Assembly: GCA_947448375.1 (NCBI GenBank)
Contig: CANFMY010000001.1
Span: 1 to 53,728, forward strand
DNA: 53,728 bases
Source: Comamonadaceae bacterium
Lineage (GTDB): Bacteria > Pseudomonadota > Gammaproteobacteria > Burkholderiales > Burkholderiaceae_C
Direction of reading: 5' to 3'
Shown: positions 28,777-38,603 of the stretch, in pieces
How the letters are laid out: each line of letters begins with the position of its first letter
How positions within the stretch are numbered: position 1 is the first letter of the stretch
Program-made: the position numbers and the translations under genes
The notes under the pieces: model-generated
Told to the model about the DNA's origin: nothing
Seen by the model: only the letters and a program-made list of their open reading frames with translations
Database searches by the model: none

Positions 28777-29695
28777 ATGACCTCCACCCCTGCAACCCGC
28801 TCTCCTGTCTCGACCGGCATCGTGCTGGCCATTGCAGGCGCCATTGCCTTCAGCGGCAAGGGGGTGATCATCAAGCTGGCCTACCGCTACGGTGTGGACG
28901 CCGCCACTTTCATCATGCTGCGCATGCTGTTTGCCTTGCCCTTCTTCCTGTTGATGGGCTGGTGGGCGGAACGCCGCGCCAGTGCGCGCGCGCAACCGCT
29001 CAACCAGCGCGATCTGCTGAGCATCGTGGGCTTGGGCTTTCTGGGCTACTACCTCTCGAGCTATCTCGATTTTCTGGGGCTGCAATACGTCACAGCAGGT
29101 CTTGAGCGGCTGATCCTGTACCTCAACCCCACCTTTGTGATGCTGCTGGGCTGGGCCCTGTACCGCAAGCCCATCACGGCCATGCGGGTGGCCGCCATGG
29201 CGCTCAGTTACAGCGGCGTGTTGCTGGTCTTCTGGCACGAGTTGAACTTTGCCGGGTCGGACGTGGCGCTGGGTACCGTGCTGGTGGTGCTCAGTGCACT
29301 GACCTATGCCTTCTACCTGCTTTACAGTGGCGAGATTGTCAAACGCCTGGGCTCATTGCGTCTGGTGGGTTGGGCCAGCACGGTGGCGTGCCTGTTTTGT
29401 ATTGGTCAGTTCCTGGTGTTGCGGCCGCTGTCGGCGGCCGACGTGCCGTCGGAGGTGTTGTGGCTGGCCCTGCTGTGCGCCCTGGCTTGTACCGTGGCGC
29501 CGGTGCTCATGGTGATGATGGCGATCGAGCGCATTGGCTCGTCGCTGGCGGCGCAGACCGGCATGGTGGGCCCGATGTCCACCCTGGCCTTGGGCGCTAT
29601 ATTCCTGGGTCAGTCGCGCAACCTGTGGATCGGGGTCGGAACCCTGCTGGTGTTGGGTGGTGTGTTTCTTTTTTTCCAAGTACGGAGCAAACTGA
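28777..29695 (+). CDS. DMT/EamA family transporter (reads in frame into the downstream SDR as assembled)
   Basis: FSGKGVIIKLAY, LQYVTAGLERLILYLNP, about 10 TM segments. The natural stop is probably the TGA at 29693-29695 (see findings). Confidence 0.85.
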
Positions 29696-30489
29696 TGGAT
29701 CTCGGACTCAAAGGCAAATGGGCCCTGGTGGGCGGTGCAAGCAAGGGCCTGGGCTTTGGCTGTGCCAATTCCCTGGCACGCGAGGGCGTGAATGTGGTGA
29801 TCGTGGCGCGGGGCGCCGAGGCGCTCGAGGCGGCTGCCCAGAAGCTGCGTGCCTGGGGCACCACCATCCTGCCGGTCGCCGTGGACATCACGACACCGGC
29901 TGGGCGTGAGGCCATCTGGTCGGTGGCGGGTGGTCCGGGCAAGGCTTATGACATCGTCGTCACCAATGCCGGCGGCCCGCCCCCTGGCGACTTCCGTGAC
30001 TGGGAGCGTGAGGCCTGGATCAAGGCCGTCGACGCCAACATGCTGACCCCGATCGAGTTGCTCAAAGCCACGGTGGACGGCATGGCCGAGCGCGGTTTTG
30101 GTCGCATCGTCAACATCACCTCCAGCGCGGTGAAGGCACCGATCGACATCCTGGGCCTGTCCAATGGCGCGCGCAGTGGGCTGACCGGTTTCATCGCTGG
30201 CGTGTCACGCACCACGCAATTGGCGTCACGCAACGTCACCCTCAACAACCTGTTGCCGGGCGCCTTTGACACCGACCGACTGCGCGGCACCATGAAGGGC
30301 GCCGCAGAAAAGCAGGGCAAGTCCATCGACCAGGTCGCCGAGGTGCGCAAGAAAACCATTCCCGCGCAACGCTTCGGGACGGCCGAGGAATTTGGTGACA
30401 CCTGCGCCTTCCTGTGCAGCCAGCAGGCCAGCTACATCACCGGGCAGAACGTGCTGATCGACGGTGGCGCCTACCCCGGCACCTACTGA
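29695..30489 (+). CDS. Short-chain dehydrogenase/reductase (FabG-like)
   Basis: MDLGLKGKWALVGGASKGLG, TNAGGPPPG, LSNGAR, GRF-like QRFGTAEE, YITGQ. Own GGAG ribosome-binding site at 29684-29687. Confidence 0.9.
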   Translation: MDLGLKGKWALVGGASKGLGFGCANSLAREGVNVVIVARGAEALEAAAQKLRAWGTTILPVAVDITTPAGREAIWSVAGGPGKAYDIVVTNAGGPPPGDFRDWEREAWIKAVDANMLTPIELLKATVDGMAERGFGRIVNITSSAVKAPIDILGLSNGARSGLTGFIAGVSRTTQLASRNVTLNNLLPGAFDTDRLRGTMKGAAEKQGKSIDQVAEVRKKTIPAQRFGTAEEFGDTCAFLCSQQASYITGQNVLIDGGAYPGTY

Positions 30490-30522
30490 TCGCCTGATTG
30501 CAGGCGTTGAGCGGGGGGGTTG

Positions 30523-31440
30523 CTAGGACGTGGGTCGTCGTGACGACGACACCACGATGCCACCCACGATCAGCACAAAGGCCAGCAGGTGGTAGATCCT
30601 GGGCAACTCGCCCAGCATCACCGAGGACAGTAGCGCCGCAAAGAGTGGCGTGAGGTTGGCAAAAAACGCTGCCGTGCTGGGCCCCGCGCGCTGCACACCC
30701 AGCCCCCAGCTGCGATACGCCAGCAGCGACGGCCCCACCGCGACAAACACCAGCGCCGCGACCATGCCGCTGCTCCACACGATCTCGCGCGGCTGCACCG
30801 ACCACTCGACCCAGGTGAAGCCGCCGGCCCAGACCAGGCCAAAGGCCATCTGCGCCAGCAGGTACTGCGCCCAATTGGCGCGGATGGCGGGCGGATCCTT
30901 GGGCTGACTCAGCAGCCAGCTGTACCAGGCCCAGGCGGCCGTGGCGCACAACACATAGATGTCACCAATCACCAGTCGCACCTGCACCAGGGTGTTCCAG
31001 TCCCCCCGGCTGAGCACCAGCAACACGCCCAGGACCGACAGGGCCGCCCCGATCCATTGGCGGGTTTGCGCCCGCTGCCCGAAAAACAGCGTGCCCATGA
31101 CCAGCATGAAGATGGGTGCACTCGAGGCCACCAGCGTCACGTTGATGGGCGTTGAGGTTTGCAGCGCCAGGTACTGGAAGCTGTTGTAAGCGCCCACGGC
31201 CAGCAGGCCCAAGAGCGCAAAGCGTTTCCAGTGCCCCCACAGCTCGCTGCCAGGCCGCAGCACCGGCCAGGCCAGCGGCAGGAGAAACAGGAAGGCCAGC
31301 AACCAGCGCAGGAAATTCAGTGTGATGGGGGGGATGGACTCGTTGACCAAGCGCCCCACCACGGCATTGCCCGCCCACAACACGGGGGGAATGAGCAGCA
31401 GCCCGGCTGTGCGGGGGGTGAGAGGGCCAGGAGCGGACAT
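30523..31440 (-). CDS. DMT/EamA family transporter
   Basis: LWAGNAVVGR, PITLNFLRW, YNSFQYLALQ, NLTPLFA. Confidence 0.9.
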   Translation of the reverse strand: MSAPGPLTPRTAGLLLIPPVLWAGNAVVGRLVNESIPPITLNFLRWLLAFLFLLPLAWPVLRPGSELWGHWKRFALLGLLAVGAYNSFQYLALQTSTPINVTLVASSAPIFMLVMGTLFFGQRAQTRQWIGAALSVLGVLLVLSRGDWNTLVQVRLVIGDIYVLCATAAWAWYSWLLSQPKDPPAIRANWAQYLLAQMAFGLVWAGGFTWVEWSVQPREIVWSSGMVAALVFVAVGPSLLAYRSWGLGVQRAGPSTAAFFANLTPLFAALLSSVMLGELPRIYHLLAFVLIVGGIVVSSSRRPTS

Positions 31441-31581
31441 GCCCGGACTCTACCGCAGACGGGTGCTGGCCGCCCGAGGCGACCTGCGCGGCGTGCGATA
31501 CCTGGGTGACAACCACGGGCACCCGATTCGTGGCACGATCCGGCCTTCCCCAACGACAACTGTCCCCCAGAGGAGCAACCC

Positions 31582-32565
31582 ATGTCCCGTGCCGTGCGCA
31601 TCGACCGTAATGGCGGTCCCGAAGAAATGAAGATCATCGACGTTCAGGTGGGCGACCCCGGTCCCGGTGAGATCCGCATCCGCCACAAGAACGCAGGCTT
31701 GAACTTCATCGACGTTTACCAGCGCTCGGGCCTGTACCAGTTGCCCATGCCCCTGATGATGGGCATGGAAGCCTCGGGCGTGGTCGAAGCCGTGGGCGAG
31801 GGCGTCACCCACCTCAAGGTGGGCGATCGTGCCGCCTATGCCTCCAACCCTCCCGGCAGCTACAGCGACGTGCGCCTGATGCCGGCCAAGCTCGTGTGCC
31901 ACCTGCCTGACGACATCAGCTTCGAGACCGGTGCGGCCATGATGCTCAAGGGCTTGACCGCACAGTACCTGCTCAAGCGCACGCTGCCCCAGGGCGGCCT
32001 GCAAGCCGGCGACCACATTCTGTTCCACGCCGCCGCCGGTGGTGTGGGCCTGATTGCCTGCCAGTGGGCCAAGGCCCTGGGCCTGAAACTCATTGGCACC
32101 GCTGGCACGGACGAGAAGTGCGAACTGGCCCGAAAAGCCGGCGCCGCCCACGTCATCAACTACAGCCGCGAAGACTTTCTGGCCAAGGTCAAGGAGATCA
32201 CCAATGGCAAGGGCGTCAAGGTGGTCTACGACTCGGTGGGCAAGGACACCTGGGAGAAGTCCCTCGACTGCCTCTCGCCGTTCGGTCTGATGGCTTCGTT
32301 TGGCAATGCGTCCGGCCCGGTGCCCTCGTTTGCGCCCGGCATCCTGGCGGGCAAGGGCTCGATCTACGTCACGCGCCAGACCCTGTTCTCGCACCTGTCG
32401 AGCCGCGAGTCGGCGCAATCCATGATGGACGACTTGTCGGCCGTGGTGAGCTCGGGCCAGGTGAAGATCGCGATCGACCAGCGGTACGCGCTGGAAGACG
32501 TGCAGCAGGCGCACCGCGACCTCGAGGCGCGCAAGACGACGGGCTGCACCATCTTCACGTTGTAA
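31582..32565 (+). CDS. qor: NADPH:quinone oxidoreductase (zeta-crystallin family)
   Basis: GGPEEM, GLNFIDVYQRSGLY, GMEASG, HAAAGGVG, YDSVG, FGNASG. GAGGAG ribosome-binding site. Confidence 0.92.
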   Translation: MSRAVRIDRNGGPEEMKIIDVQVGDPGPGEIRIRHKNAGLNFIDVYQRSGLYQLPMPLMMGMEASGVVEAVGEGVTHLKVGDRAAYASNPPGSYSDVRLMPAKLVCHLPDDISFETGAAMMLKGLTAQYLLKRTLPQGGLQAGDHILFHAAAGGVGLIACQWAKALGLKLIGTAGTDEKCELARKAGAAHVINYSREDFLAKVKEITNGKGVKVVYDSVGKDTWEKSLDCLSPFGLMASFGNASGPVPSFAPGILAGKGSIYVTRQTLFSHLSSRESAQSMMDDLSAVVSSGQVKIAIDQRYALEDVQQAHRDLEARKTTGCTIFTL

Positions 32566-32699
32566 ACCGCTGCTTGGGGCGTCAGCAGCACCGCGCGACC
32601 GCGGTGTCTGCTACGGCCCACGACCTTGTCTCAGTGGGGCAGGGCGTGAGGCGTAGGCGCATGGCGATGCCTCGCCGTTTACCGGCCTGACCGAAGGCG

Positions 32700-33206
32700 T
32701 CAGCTCTTCGAGCGCTTGACGCGCAGCAACTCATCGAGCAGCAGGCAGGCAGCGCCCAGCGTGATGGCGCTGTCGGCCGCATTGAAGGCCGGGAAGTGCC
32801 AGCCGGCCCAGTGGACATCCAGAAAGTCCACCACATAGCCATGCACCAGTCGGTCGATCACGTTGCCGATGGCGCCCCCCAGAATGCAGGCAATGGCAAA
32901 GCCGAACAGCTTTTGCCCGGGGTGGGCACGCAGCATCCAGACCATCAAGGCGGAAGCGGCCAGGCCAATGCCGGTGAAGAACCAGCGCTGCCAGCCGCCG
33001 GCCTGGGCCAGAAACGAGAATGCCGCCCCCGAGTTGTGGGCCCTCACCAGATTGAAAAAACTGGTGACGGGACGGCTGTCGCCGAGCACGAATTGCCCCA
33101 CGATCAGCCACTTGGTGAGTTGATCGATCACCAGCACCAGCAGGGCCAGCGAGAGCCAAAGCCAGAGAGAGGGCGCGCGGTGAGCGCTGGGGCGTCGTGT
33201 GCTCAT
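32700..33206 (-). CDS. lspA: Lipoprotein signal peptidase II
   Basis: [34 protein letters not shown]. Confidence 0.96.
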   Translation of the reverse strand: MSTRRPSAHRAPSLWLWLSLALLVLVIDQLTKWLIVGQFVLGDSRPVTSFFNLVRAHNSGAAFSFLAQAGGWQRWFFTGIGLAASALMVWMLRAHPGQKLFGFAIACILGGAIGNVIDRLVHGYVVDFLDVHWAGWHFPAFNAADSAITLGAACLLLDELLRVKRSKS

Positions 33207-33281
33207 GGGCGATGAGGGGTTGTGTTCAGTGACCAGCGGGGTGGGGGCGGACCAGGTACAGGCGGTGATGGCTGGTGTGCA

Positions 33282-36167
33282 TCAGGCACACGTGCGTGTT
33301 TCACCCGCGCCGTACAGGTTGCTGGTGCAACGCCCGCACAGCGTGGGGTGCGCGGCATCGTGGCCCACATCGTCACGGTAGTGCCAGCAGCGCTCGCATT
33401 TGACGGCGGTGCTGGGCTTTGTCTGAATGCCCAGCTCAGCCCCGCTCTGCAGTTGCAAGGCCGAGGTGATGAAGACGAATTTCAGGTCCTCACCCAGCGA
33501 GGCCAGTCGCGCATGGTCATCTGCGTTGACAGTGAGCGTCACCTCGGCTTGCAGCGAAGCGCCGACCTGACCGGCACTGCGCAGCGCCTCGATGTCCTTG
33601 TTGACCGCATCGCGGATCTCGCGGATGCGAGCCCACTTGGCCAGCAGCGCCGCATCGGGCTCGGCCAGCTTCAAAAAGGTCTCGTGGAAGATGCTGTTGG
33701 CATTGCCCAGCACCTGCCAGGCTTCCTCGGCGGTGAAGCTCAGGAACGGCGCCATCCAGCGCAGCATGGCCTGGGTGATCTGCCACAACGCGGTCTGGGC
33801 GCTGCGGCGTGCCAGCGAGTGCGGGGCCGTGGTGTAGAGCCGGTCTTTCAGGATGTCCAGGTAGAACGCGCCCAGCTCTTCCGAGCAGTACACCTGCAGC
33901 TTGCTCACCACCGGGTGGAATTCATAGGCGCCGAAATGGCCGCCCTGGAACACGCCGGTCTCGGCCGTCCAGTGACCCAGGATGTCGGCCTGCACCGCCG
34001 CCAGTTGGCTGAGCGCATAGCGGTCAATCTCCAGCAATTGATCTGCCGGCACGGTGTCGGTGGCGGCGTTGAAGTCGCTCACATTGGCCATCAGAAAGCG
34101 CAGCGTGTTGCGAATGCGGCGGTAGGCATCCACCACGCGCGCCAGGATCTTGTCGTCGATGTTGAGGTCGCCCGAGTAATCGGTGGCGGCCACCCACAGG
34201 CGCACGATTTCTGCGCCGAGTTTGTCCGTCACCTCTTGCGGGATCACCACGTTGCCCAGCGACTTGCTCATCTTGCGGCCCTGGCCGTCGGTGGCAAAGC
34301 CGTGGGTCAGGAGGCCACGGTAGGGCGCACGGTCGTACAGCGCGCAGCCCAGCAGCAGCGAGCTGTGGAACCAGCCGCGGTGCTGGTCATGGCCTTCGAG
34401 GTACAGGTCGGCCTCGGGGCCTTGCTCGTGGAAGGGGGGGCGGTCGTAGGCGTGCAGGTGGCTGCCGCGCAGCACGTGCTGGAAGGTCGAGCCGGAATCG
34501 AACCAGACCTCCAGGATGTCGGTGCTTTTGGTGTAGTGCTCGGCATCCGGCGCACCCAGTATCTCTTCAGCGGTGACGCGGCTCCAGGCCTCGATGCCAC
34601 CGTGTTCAACGATGTCGGCCGCCTGGTCCAGGATCTCCAGGGTGCGCGGGTGCAATTCGCCCGAATCGCGGTGCAGGAAGAAGGGCAGGGGCACGCCCCA
34701 GCTGCGCTGGCGCGAGATGCACCAGTCGGGCCGGTTGGCGATCATGTCGCGCAGACGCGCGCGGCCGTTCTCAGGGTAGAACTGCGTGTTGTCGATGGCT
34801 TGCAGCGCCAGTTGACGCAGCGTCTTGGCGGCCTTGTCCTTCGTGAACACGCCTTCGCCTTCGTCCATGCGCACGAACCACTGCGCGGCCGCGCGGTAAA
34901 TCACCGGCGTCTTGTGGCGCCAGCAATGCGGGTAGCTGTGGGTGATGGGTTGTGTGGCCATCAAACGGCCCGCGCCCTGGAGTGTGTCCAGGATGCCTGG
35001 CACGGCCTTCCAGATGTGCTGGCCGCCAAAGAGCGGGAAATCCGGTGCATAGGCACCCTGACCCTGCACCGGGTTGAGGATGTCCTGGTACGCCAGGCCG
35101 TGCGAGACGCAGCTGTTGAAGTCGTCCAGACCATAGGCCGGGGCCGAGTGCACGATGCCGGTGCCATCGCCTTCACCCACATAGTCGGCCAGCAAAATCT
35201 TGGCGTGGCGCTGAAAGCCCGGGTCCACCTGGTACAGCGGGTGCTCGAAGCTCAAACCGGCCAGGGCGTTGCCCTGGGCGGTGGCGAGGACCTGACCCTT
35301 TAGGCCATAGCGCTCCAGGCATTTCTCCACCAGGGAGGCGGCCAGCAGCAGCACGCCGCGGTCGGTCTGCACCAGCGCGTAGTCGATGTCGGGGTGGACA
35401 TTGAGGGCCTGGTTGGCGGGGATGGTCCAGGCGGTGGTGGTCCAGATCACCACAAAGACCTCGCCCGGCAAGGACGTCAGGCCGAAGGCCTGGGCCAGCT
35501 GCTCGGGCTCGGCGCTTCGAAAGGCCACGTCCAGCGTGTCGCTTTTCTTGTCGGCGTATTCGATTTCGAATTCGGCCAGGGACGAGCCGCAATCAAAGCA
35601 CCAGTACACCGGCTTCAAGCCGCGGTACACAAAGCCGCGCTCGATCACGCGCTTGAAGGCCCGCAGCTGACCCGCTTCGTTGGCCGGGTCCATGGTGCGG
35701 TAGGGACGCTCCCAGTCGCCCAGCACACCCAGGCGCTTGAAGTCCTCGCGCTGCTGCTCGATCTGCTCGGTGGCGAAGGCGCGGCTCTTGGCCTGCATGT
35801 CGTCGCGGCTGAGCTTGCGGCCATGCAGTTTCTCGATGGCGTTTTCAATCGGCAGGCCGTGGCAATCCCAGCCGGGGATGTATTGCGCGTCGAAGCCAGC
35901 CAACTGCCGCGACTTGACGATCATGTCTTTCAGCACCTTGTTGAGCGCGTGGCCAATGTGCAGCTTGCCGTTGGCATACGGAGGACCGTCGTGCAGCACA
36001 AAAAGCGGAGCACCGTGGCGCGCCAGGCGCAGGCTCTTGTAAATGCCTTGCTCGTTCCAGCCCTGGACCCAGGCCGGCTCGCGCTTGGGCAGGTCGCCCC
36101 GCATGGGAAAAGGCGTGTCCGGCAGGTTCAGGGTGGTGCGGTAGTCGGGAGCAGAAGAGGTCGACAT
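33282..36167 (-). CDS. ileS: Isoleucine--tRNA ligase (type 1)
   Basis: [40 protein letters not shown]-terminal KCERCW...LCGRC. Confidence 0.98.
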   Translation of the reverse strand: MSTSSAPDYRTTLNLPDTPFPMRGDLPKREPAWVQGWNEQGIYKSLRLARHGAPLFVLHDGPPYANGKLHIGHALNKVLKDMIVKSRQLAGFDAQYIPGWDCHGLPIENAIEKLHGRKLSRDDMQAKSRAFATEQIEQQREDFKRLGVLGDWERPYRTMDPANEAGQLRAFKRVIERGFVYRGLKPVYWCFDCGSSLAEFEIEYADKKSDTLDVAFRSAEPEQLAQAFGLTSLPGEVFVVIWTTTAWTIPANQALNVHPDIDYALVQTDRGVLLLAASLVEKCLERYGLKGQVLATAQGNALAGLSFEHPLYQVDPGFQRHAKILLADYVGEGDGTGIVHSAPAYGLDDFNSCVSHGLAYQDILNPVQGQGAYAPDFPLFGGQHIWKAVPGILDTLQGAGRLMATQPITHSYPHCWRHKTPVIYRAAAQWFVRMDEGEGVFTKDKAAKTLRQLALQAIDNTQFYPENGRARLRDMIANRPDWCISRQRSWGVPLPFFLHRDSGELHPRTLEILDQAADIVEHGGIEAWSRVTAEEILGAPDAEHYTKSTDILEVWFDSGSTFQHVLRGSHLHAYDRPPFHEQGPEADLYLEGHDQHRGWFHSSLLLGCALYDRAPYRGLLTHGFATDGQGRKMSKSLGNVVIPQEVTDKLGAEIVRLWVAATDYSGDLNIDDKILARVVDAYRRIRNTLRFLMANVSDFNAATDTVPADQLLEIDRYALSQLAAVQADILGHWTAETGVFQGGHFGAYEFHPVVSKLQVYCSEELGAFYLDILKDRLYTTAPHSLARRSAQTALWQITQAMLRWMAPFLSFTAEEAWQVLGNANSIFHETFLKLAEPDAALLAKWARIREIRDAVNKDIEALRSAGQVGASLQAEVTLTVNADDHARLASLGEDLKFVFITSALQLQSGAELGIQTKPSTAVKCERCWHYRDDVGHDAAHPTLCGRCTSNLYGAGETRTCA

Positions 36168-36254
36168 GGTCTGGTGCGCCGTGGTTCAGGCACGGCTGTT
36201 CGGTCTGGGGAGATGCGCGAAGCGCGCATCGGGACGGCAAGCGGCGGGTGCCGT

Positions 36255-37298
36255 TTAAATTCGGTCGCGCGTGGTCTGGCGACGGGTGGTGGCGTGACCG
36301 GCGGTGGCACCGGTGGCGCTGTGCGCTTCATGGGCGGCAAACCACAGGCGTGCGGCTTCGCAGTCCCGGGCAATGCCTTGTTGAAGGGCGTCGAGACCGT
36401 CGTATTTCAGTTCGTCGTGCAATTTGTGCAGCAGTTCCACCCGGATGATTTTACCGTAGCCCCCCTCGGGGCCCAGTGGGGCGGGCCAGGTCAGGCAATG
36501 GGTTTCCAGCAGCACACGCCCGCCATTGACGTCGTTGGCGTCGAGTGAGGGTCGCACGCCCAGGTTGGCCACGCCGTGCAGCGGCTGCTCATGCAAGCCG
36601 TGCACGCGCGCCACAAAGATGCCGCTGGCGGCGGGTTTCCAGTGCTGGAAGCGCACGTTCAGGGTGCGGCAGTCGAGCTCACGGCCCAGGCGCCGGCCAT
36701 GCACCACGTGCCCGGAAATGGCATAGGGACGGCCCAGCAGTTGGGCCGTGGCTTGCAGGTCGCCGCGCGCCAGGGCAGCACGGACCTCGGAGCTGGACAC
36801 GCGCAGGCCGTCAAGCTCGTAGCTGTTCATGCGTGCCACATCGAATCCCTGCTCGCGGCCGGCCTGCACCAGGAGCTCGTAGTCGCCGGCGCGGCGCGCG
36901 CCAAAGCGGAAATCGTCTCCCACCAGCAGGTAGCGCACCCCCAGGCCATTCAACAGCACGTCATCGATGAAGGCTTGCGGTTGCTGGCTGGCCAAGGCCT
37001 GGTTGAAGGGCAGCACCACGCACTGGTCGACGCCACAGGCGCGCAACTCCTCGAGTTTGTCGCGCAGATTGGCAATGCGCGCCGGCGCCAGGGACGGGTT
37101 GTGCTGCAAGCCGGCAAAAAAGTCACGCGGATGCGGCTCGAAGGTCATCACGCAGCTGGGCACGCCGCGGTGGCGTGCCTCGGAACGCAGCAGCGCCAGC
37201 ATGGCCTGATGGCCGCGGTGCACGCCATCGAAGTTGCCGATGGTCAGGGCACAGGCCGGGGCCAGGGCAGCGTGATGAAAGCCACGGAAGATCTGCAT
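36255..37298 (-). CDS. ribF: Bifunctional riboflavin kinase/FAD synthetase
   Basis: IGNFDGVHRGH, TFEPHP, VGDDFRFG, VSSSEVR, GRPY. Confidence 0.96.
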   Translation of the reverse strand: MQIFRGFHHAALAPACALTIGNFDGVHRGHQAMLALLRSEARHRGVPSCVMTFEPHPRDFFAGLQHNPSLAPARIANLRDKLEELRACGVDQCVVLPFNQALASQQPQAFIDDVLLNGLGVRYLLVGDDFRFGARRAGDYELLVQAGREQGFDVARMNSYELDGLRVSSSEVRAALARGDLQATAQLLGRPYAISGHVVHGRRLGRELDCRTLNVRFQHWKPAASGIFVARVHGLHEQPLHGVANLGVRPSLDANDVNGGRVLLETHCLTWPAPLGPEGGYGKIIRVELLHKLHDELKYDGLDALQQGIARDCEAARLWFAAHEAHSATGATAGHATTRRQTTRDRI

Positions 37299-37377
37299 GT
37301 GCGGGGGTGAGGTTGTGTCGTCGGAATGTCGTCAAAAGCGGGTATATTGTCTCTGATCCCCACGAAGGAGGCTGATC

Positions 37378-37935
37378 TTGAAGGTCTTGAAGCTGTCGGG
37401 GCAGGGACTGCCGCAATCCTGGATCTCGCTGGAACAGGCGGTGATCCACTACGCCGCCGATGAGGTGCGCTGGGAGGCGGGCTTGCCGGTGGCCGTGTTT
37501 CGGGGGGGGCACAATGCCCGCACCGGGCAGCAATCGATCATCCATGTCAACAGCATCATCGGCACGCATGGCGTGCCCAACATCAACCCCTTCGAGCTGC
37601 GCCCCGGGCTCACCAACAGCAAGCTCTTCGCCCGTGACCGCAACCTGTGCGCCTATTGCGGTGACACCTTCCACGAAAGCGACCTCACGCGCGAGCACAT
37701 CATGCCGTTTGGCCAGCAAGGGCAGGACACCTGGATGAACGTGGTCACCGCCTGCAAAAGCTGCAACCACCGCAAGGGCAACCGCACCCCCGAGCAAGCG
37801 CGCATGCCCTTGCTGTACGCGCCCTACGTGCCCACGCTGTGGGAGGACTTCATCCTGCGCAACCGGCGCATCCTGGCCGACCAGATGGAATACCTGACGG
37901 CCCATTTGCCGCGCCACTCTCGACTTGTGGCCTGA
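37378..37935 (+). CDS. HNH endonuclease family protein (McrA-like Zn-binding HNH)
   Basis: TTG start after AAGGAGG, LFARDRNLCAYCG, TREHIMP, WMNVVTACKSCNHRKG. Confidence 0.88.
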   Translation: MKVLKLSGQGLPQSWISLEQAVIHYAADEVRWEAGLPVAVFRGGHNARTGQQSIIHVNSIIGTHGVPNINPFELRPGLTNSKLFARDRNLCAYCGDTFHESDLTREHIMPFGQQGQDTWMNVVTACKSCNHRKGNRTPEQARMPLLYAPYVPTLWEDFILRNRRILADQMEYLTAHLPRHSRLVA

Positions 37936-38603
37936 TGCGATCCCTGGTCATTCTGATTTCGGGCGCGGGCTCGAACATGGTGGCGGTTGTGCAGGCGGCC
38001 GAGCGCGAACAGTGGGCCCAGCGTCACCACGCACGGGTGGCGGCCGTCATCAGCAACAAGCCGAGTGCATCGGGGCTGACGCTGGCGCGAGAGGCCGGCA
38101 TTGAAACGGCCGTGGTGGACCACCAGGCCTTTGCCGACCACGCCCAACCCCGCGAGGCCTTCGACGCCGCGCTGATGACCGAGATTGACCGGTACCAGCC
38201 GGACCTGGTGGTGCTGGCGGGTTTCATGCGCATCCTCACCCCCGGCTTTGTGCGGCATTACGCGGGGCGACTGGTGAACATCCACCCCTCCTTGTTACCC
38301 GCTTTTCCAGGACTGCGCACCCACGAGCGCGCCCTGCAAGCCGGTTGCACGGTCGCGGGCGCCACGGTGCACCACGTCACGGCGGAGCTGGACCACGGCC
38401 CCATCCTGGCGCAGGCAGTGGTGCCGGTGCTGCCCGATGACACCCCCGAGGTGCTGGCCGCGCGCGTGCTGAGCCAGGAGCACCGGATCTATCCGCAGGC
38501 CATTGCGGCCTGGTTGCAGGCGACGGATTCGGCGATAATCAAAAAAACGCACGATCGTGCTAAAAACGGTTCGATGACCCTTCCTTTGTCTGGAGATCAC
38601 TGA
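37935..38603 (+). CDS. purN: Phosphoribosylglycinamide formyltransferase
   Basis: LISGAGSNM, LAGFMRIL, NIHPSLLP, GATVH, LDHGPI, EHRIYP. Confidence 0.95.
   Translation: MRSLVILISGAGSNMVAVVQAAEREQWAQRHHARVAAVISNKPSASGLTLAREAGIETAVVDHQAFADHAQPREAFDAALMTEIDRYQPDLVVLAGFMRILTPGFVRHYAGRLVNIHPSLLPAFPGLRTHERALQAGCTVAGATVHHVTAELDHGPILAQAVVPVLPDDTPEVLAARVLSQEHRIYPQAIAAWLQATDSAIIKKTHDRAKNGSMTLPLSGDH
38545..38564. promoter_or_regulatory. Palindromic operator (FadP/TetR-like) upstream of the acyl-CoA dehydrogenases
   Basis: Perfect 12-bp palindrome GCACGATCGTGC (38549-38560) in A-rich flanks, with GATAAT just upstream. Confidence 0.62.

Noticed and set aside
32584-32676. Two hairpins between the convergent qor and lspA genes as REP elements or an sRNA
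   Set aside because: No second copy noticed in the window and no U tail. More simply explained as 3'-end stabilising or terminating structures.
33930-33978. Short insertion in IleRS ([15 protein letters not shown])
   Set aside because: Small, probably a variable surface loop, with no intein or other functional signature.
7809-34690. GGGCAGGG (KOPS-like) octamers on the plus strand at 7809, 32637 and 34683
   Set aside because: Found by a non-exhaustive visual scan, and too few to establish strand skew in GC-rich DNA.
37378-37935. HNH gene as an IscB/Cas-like or restriction system
   Set aside because: Only 185 aa, no RuvC motifs, no room for an adjacent ncRNA or array, and no partner methyltransferase.
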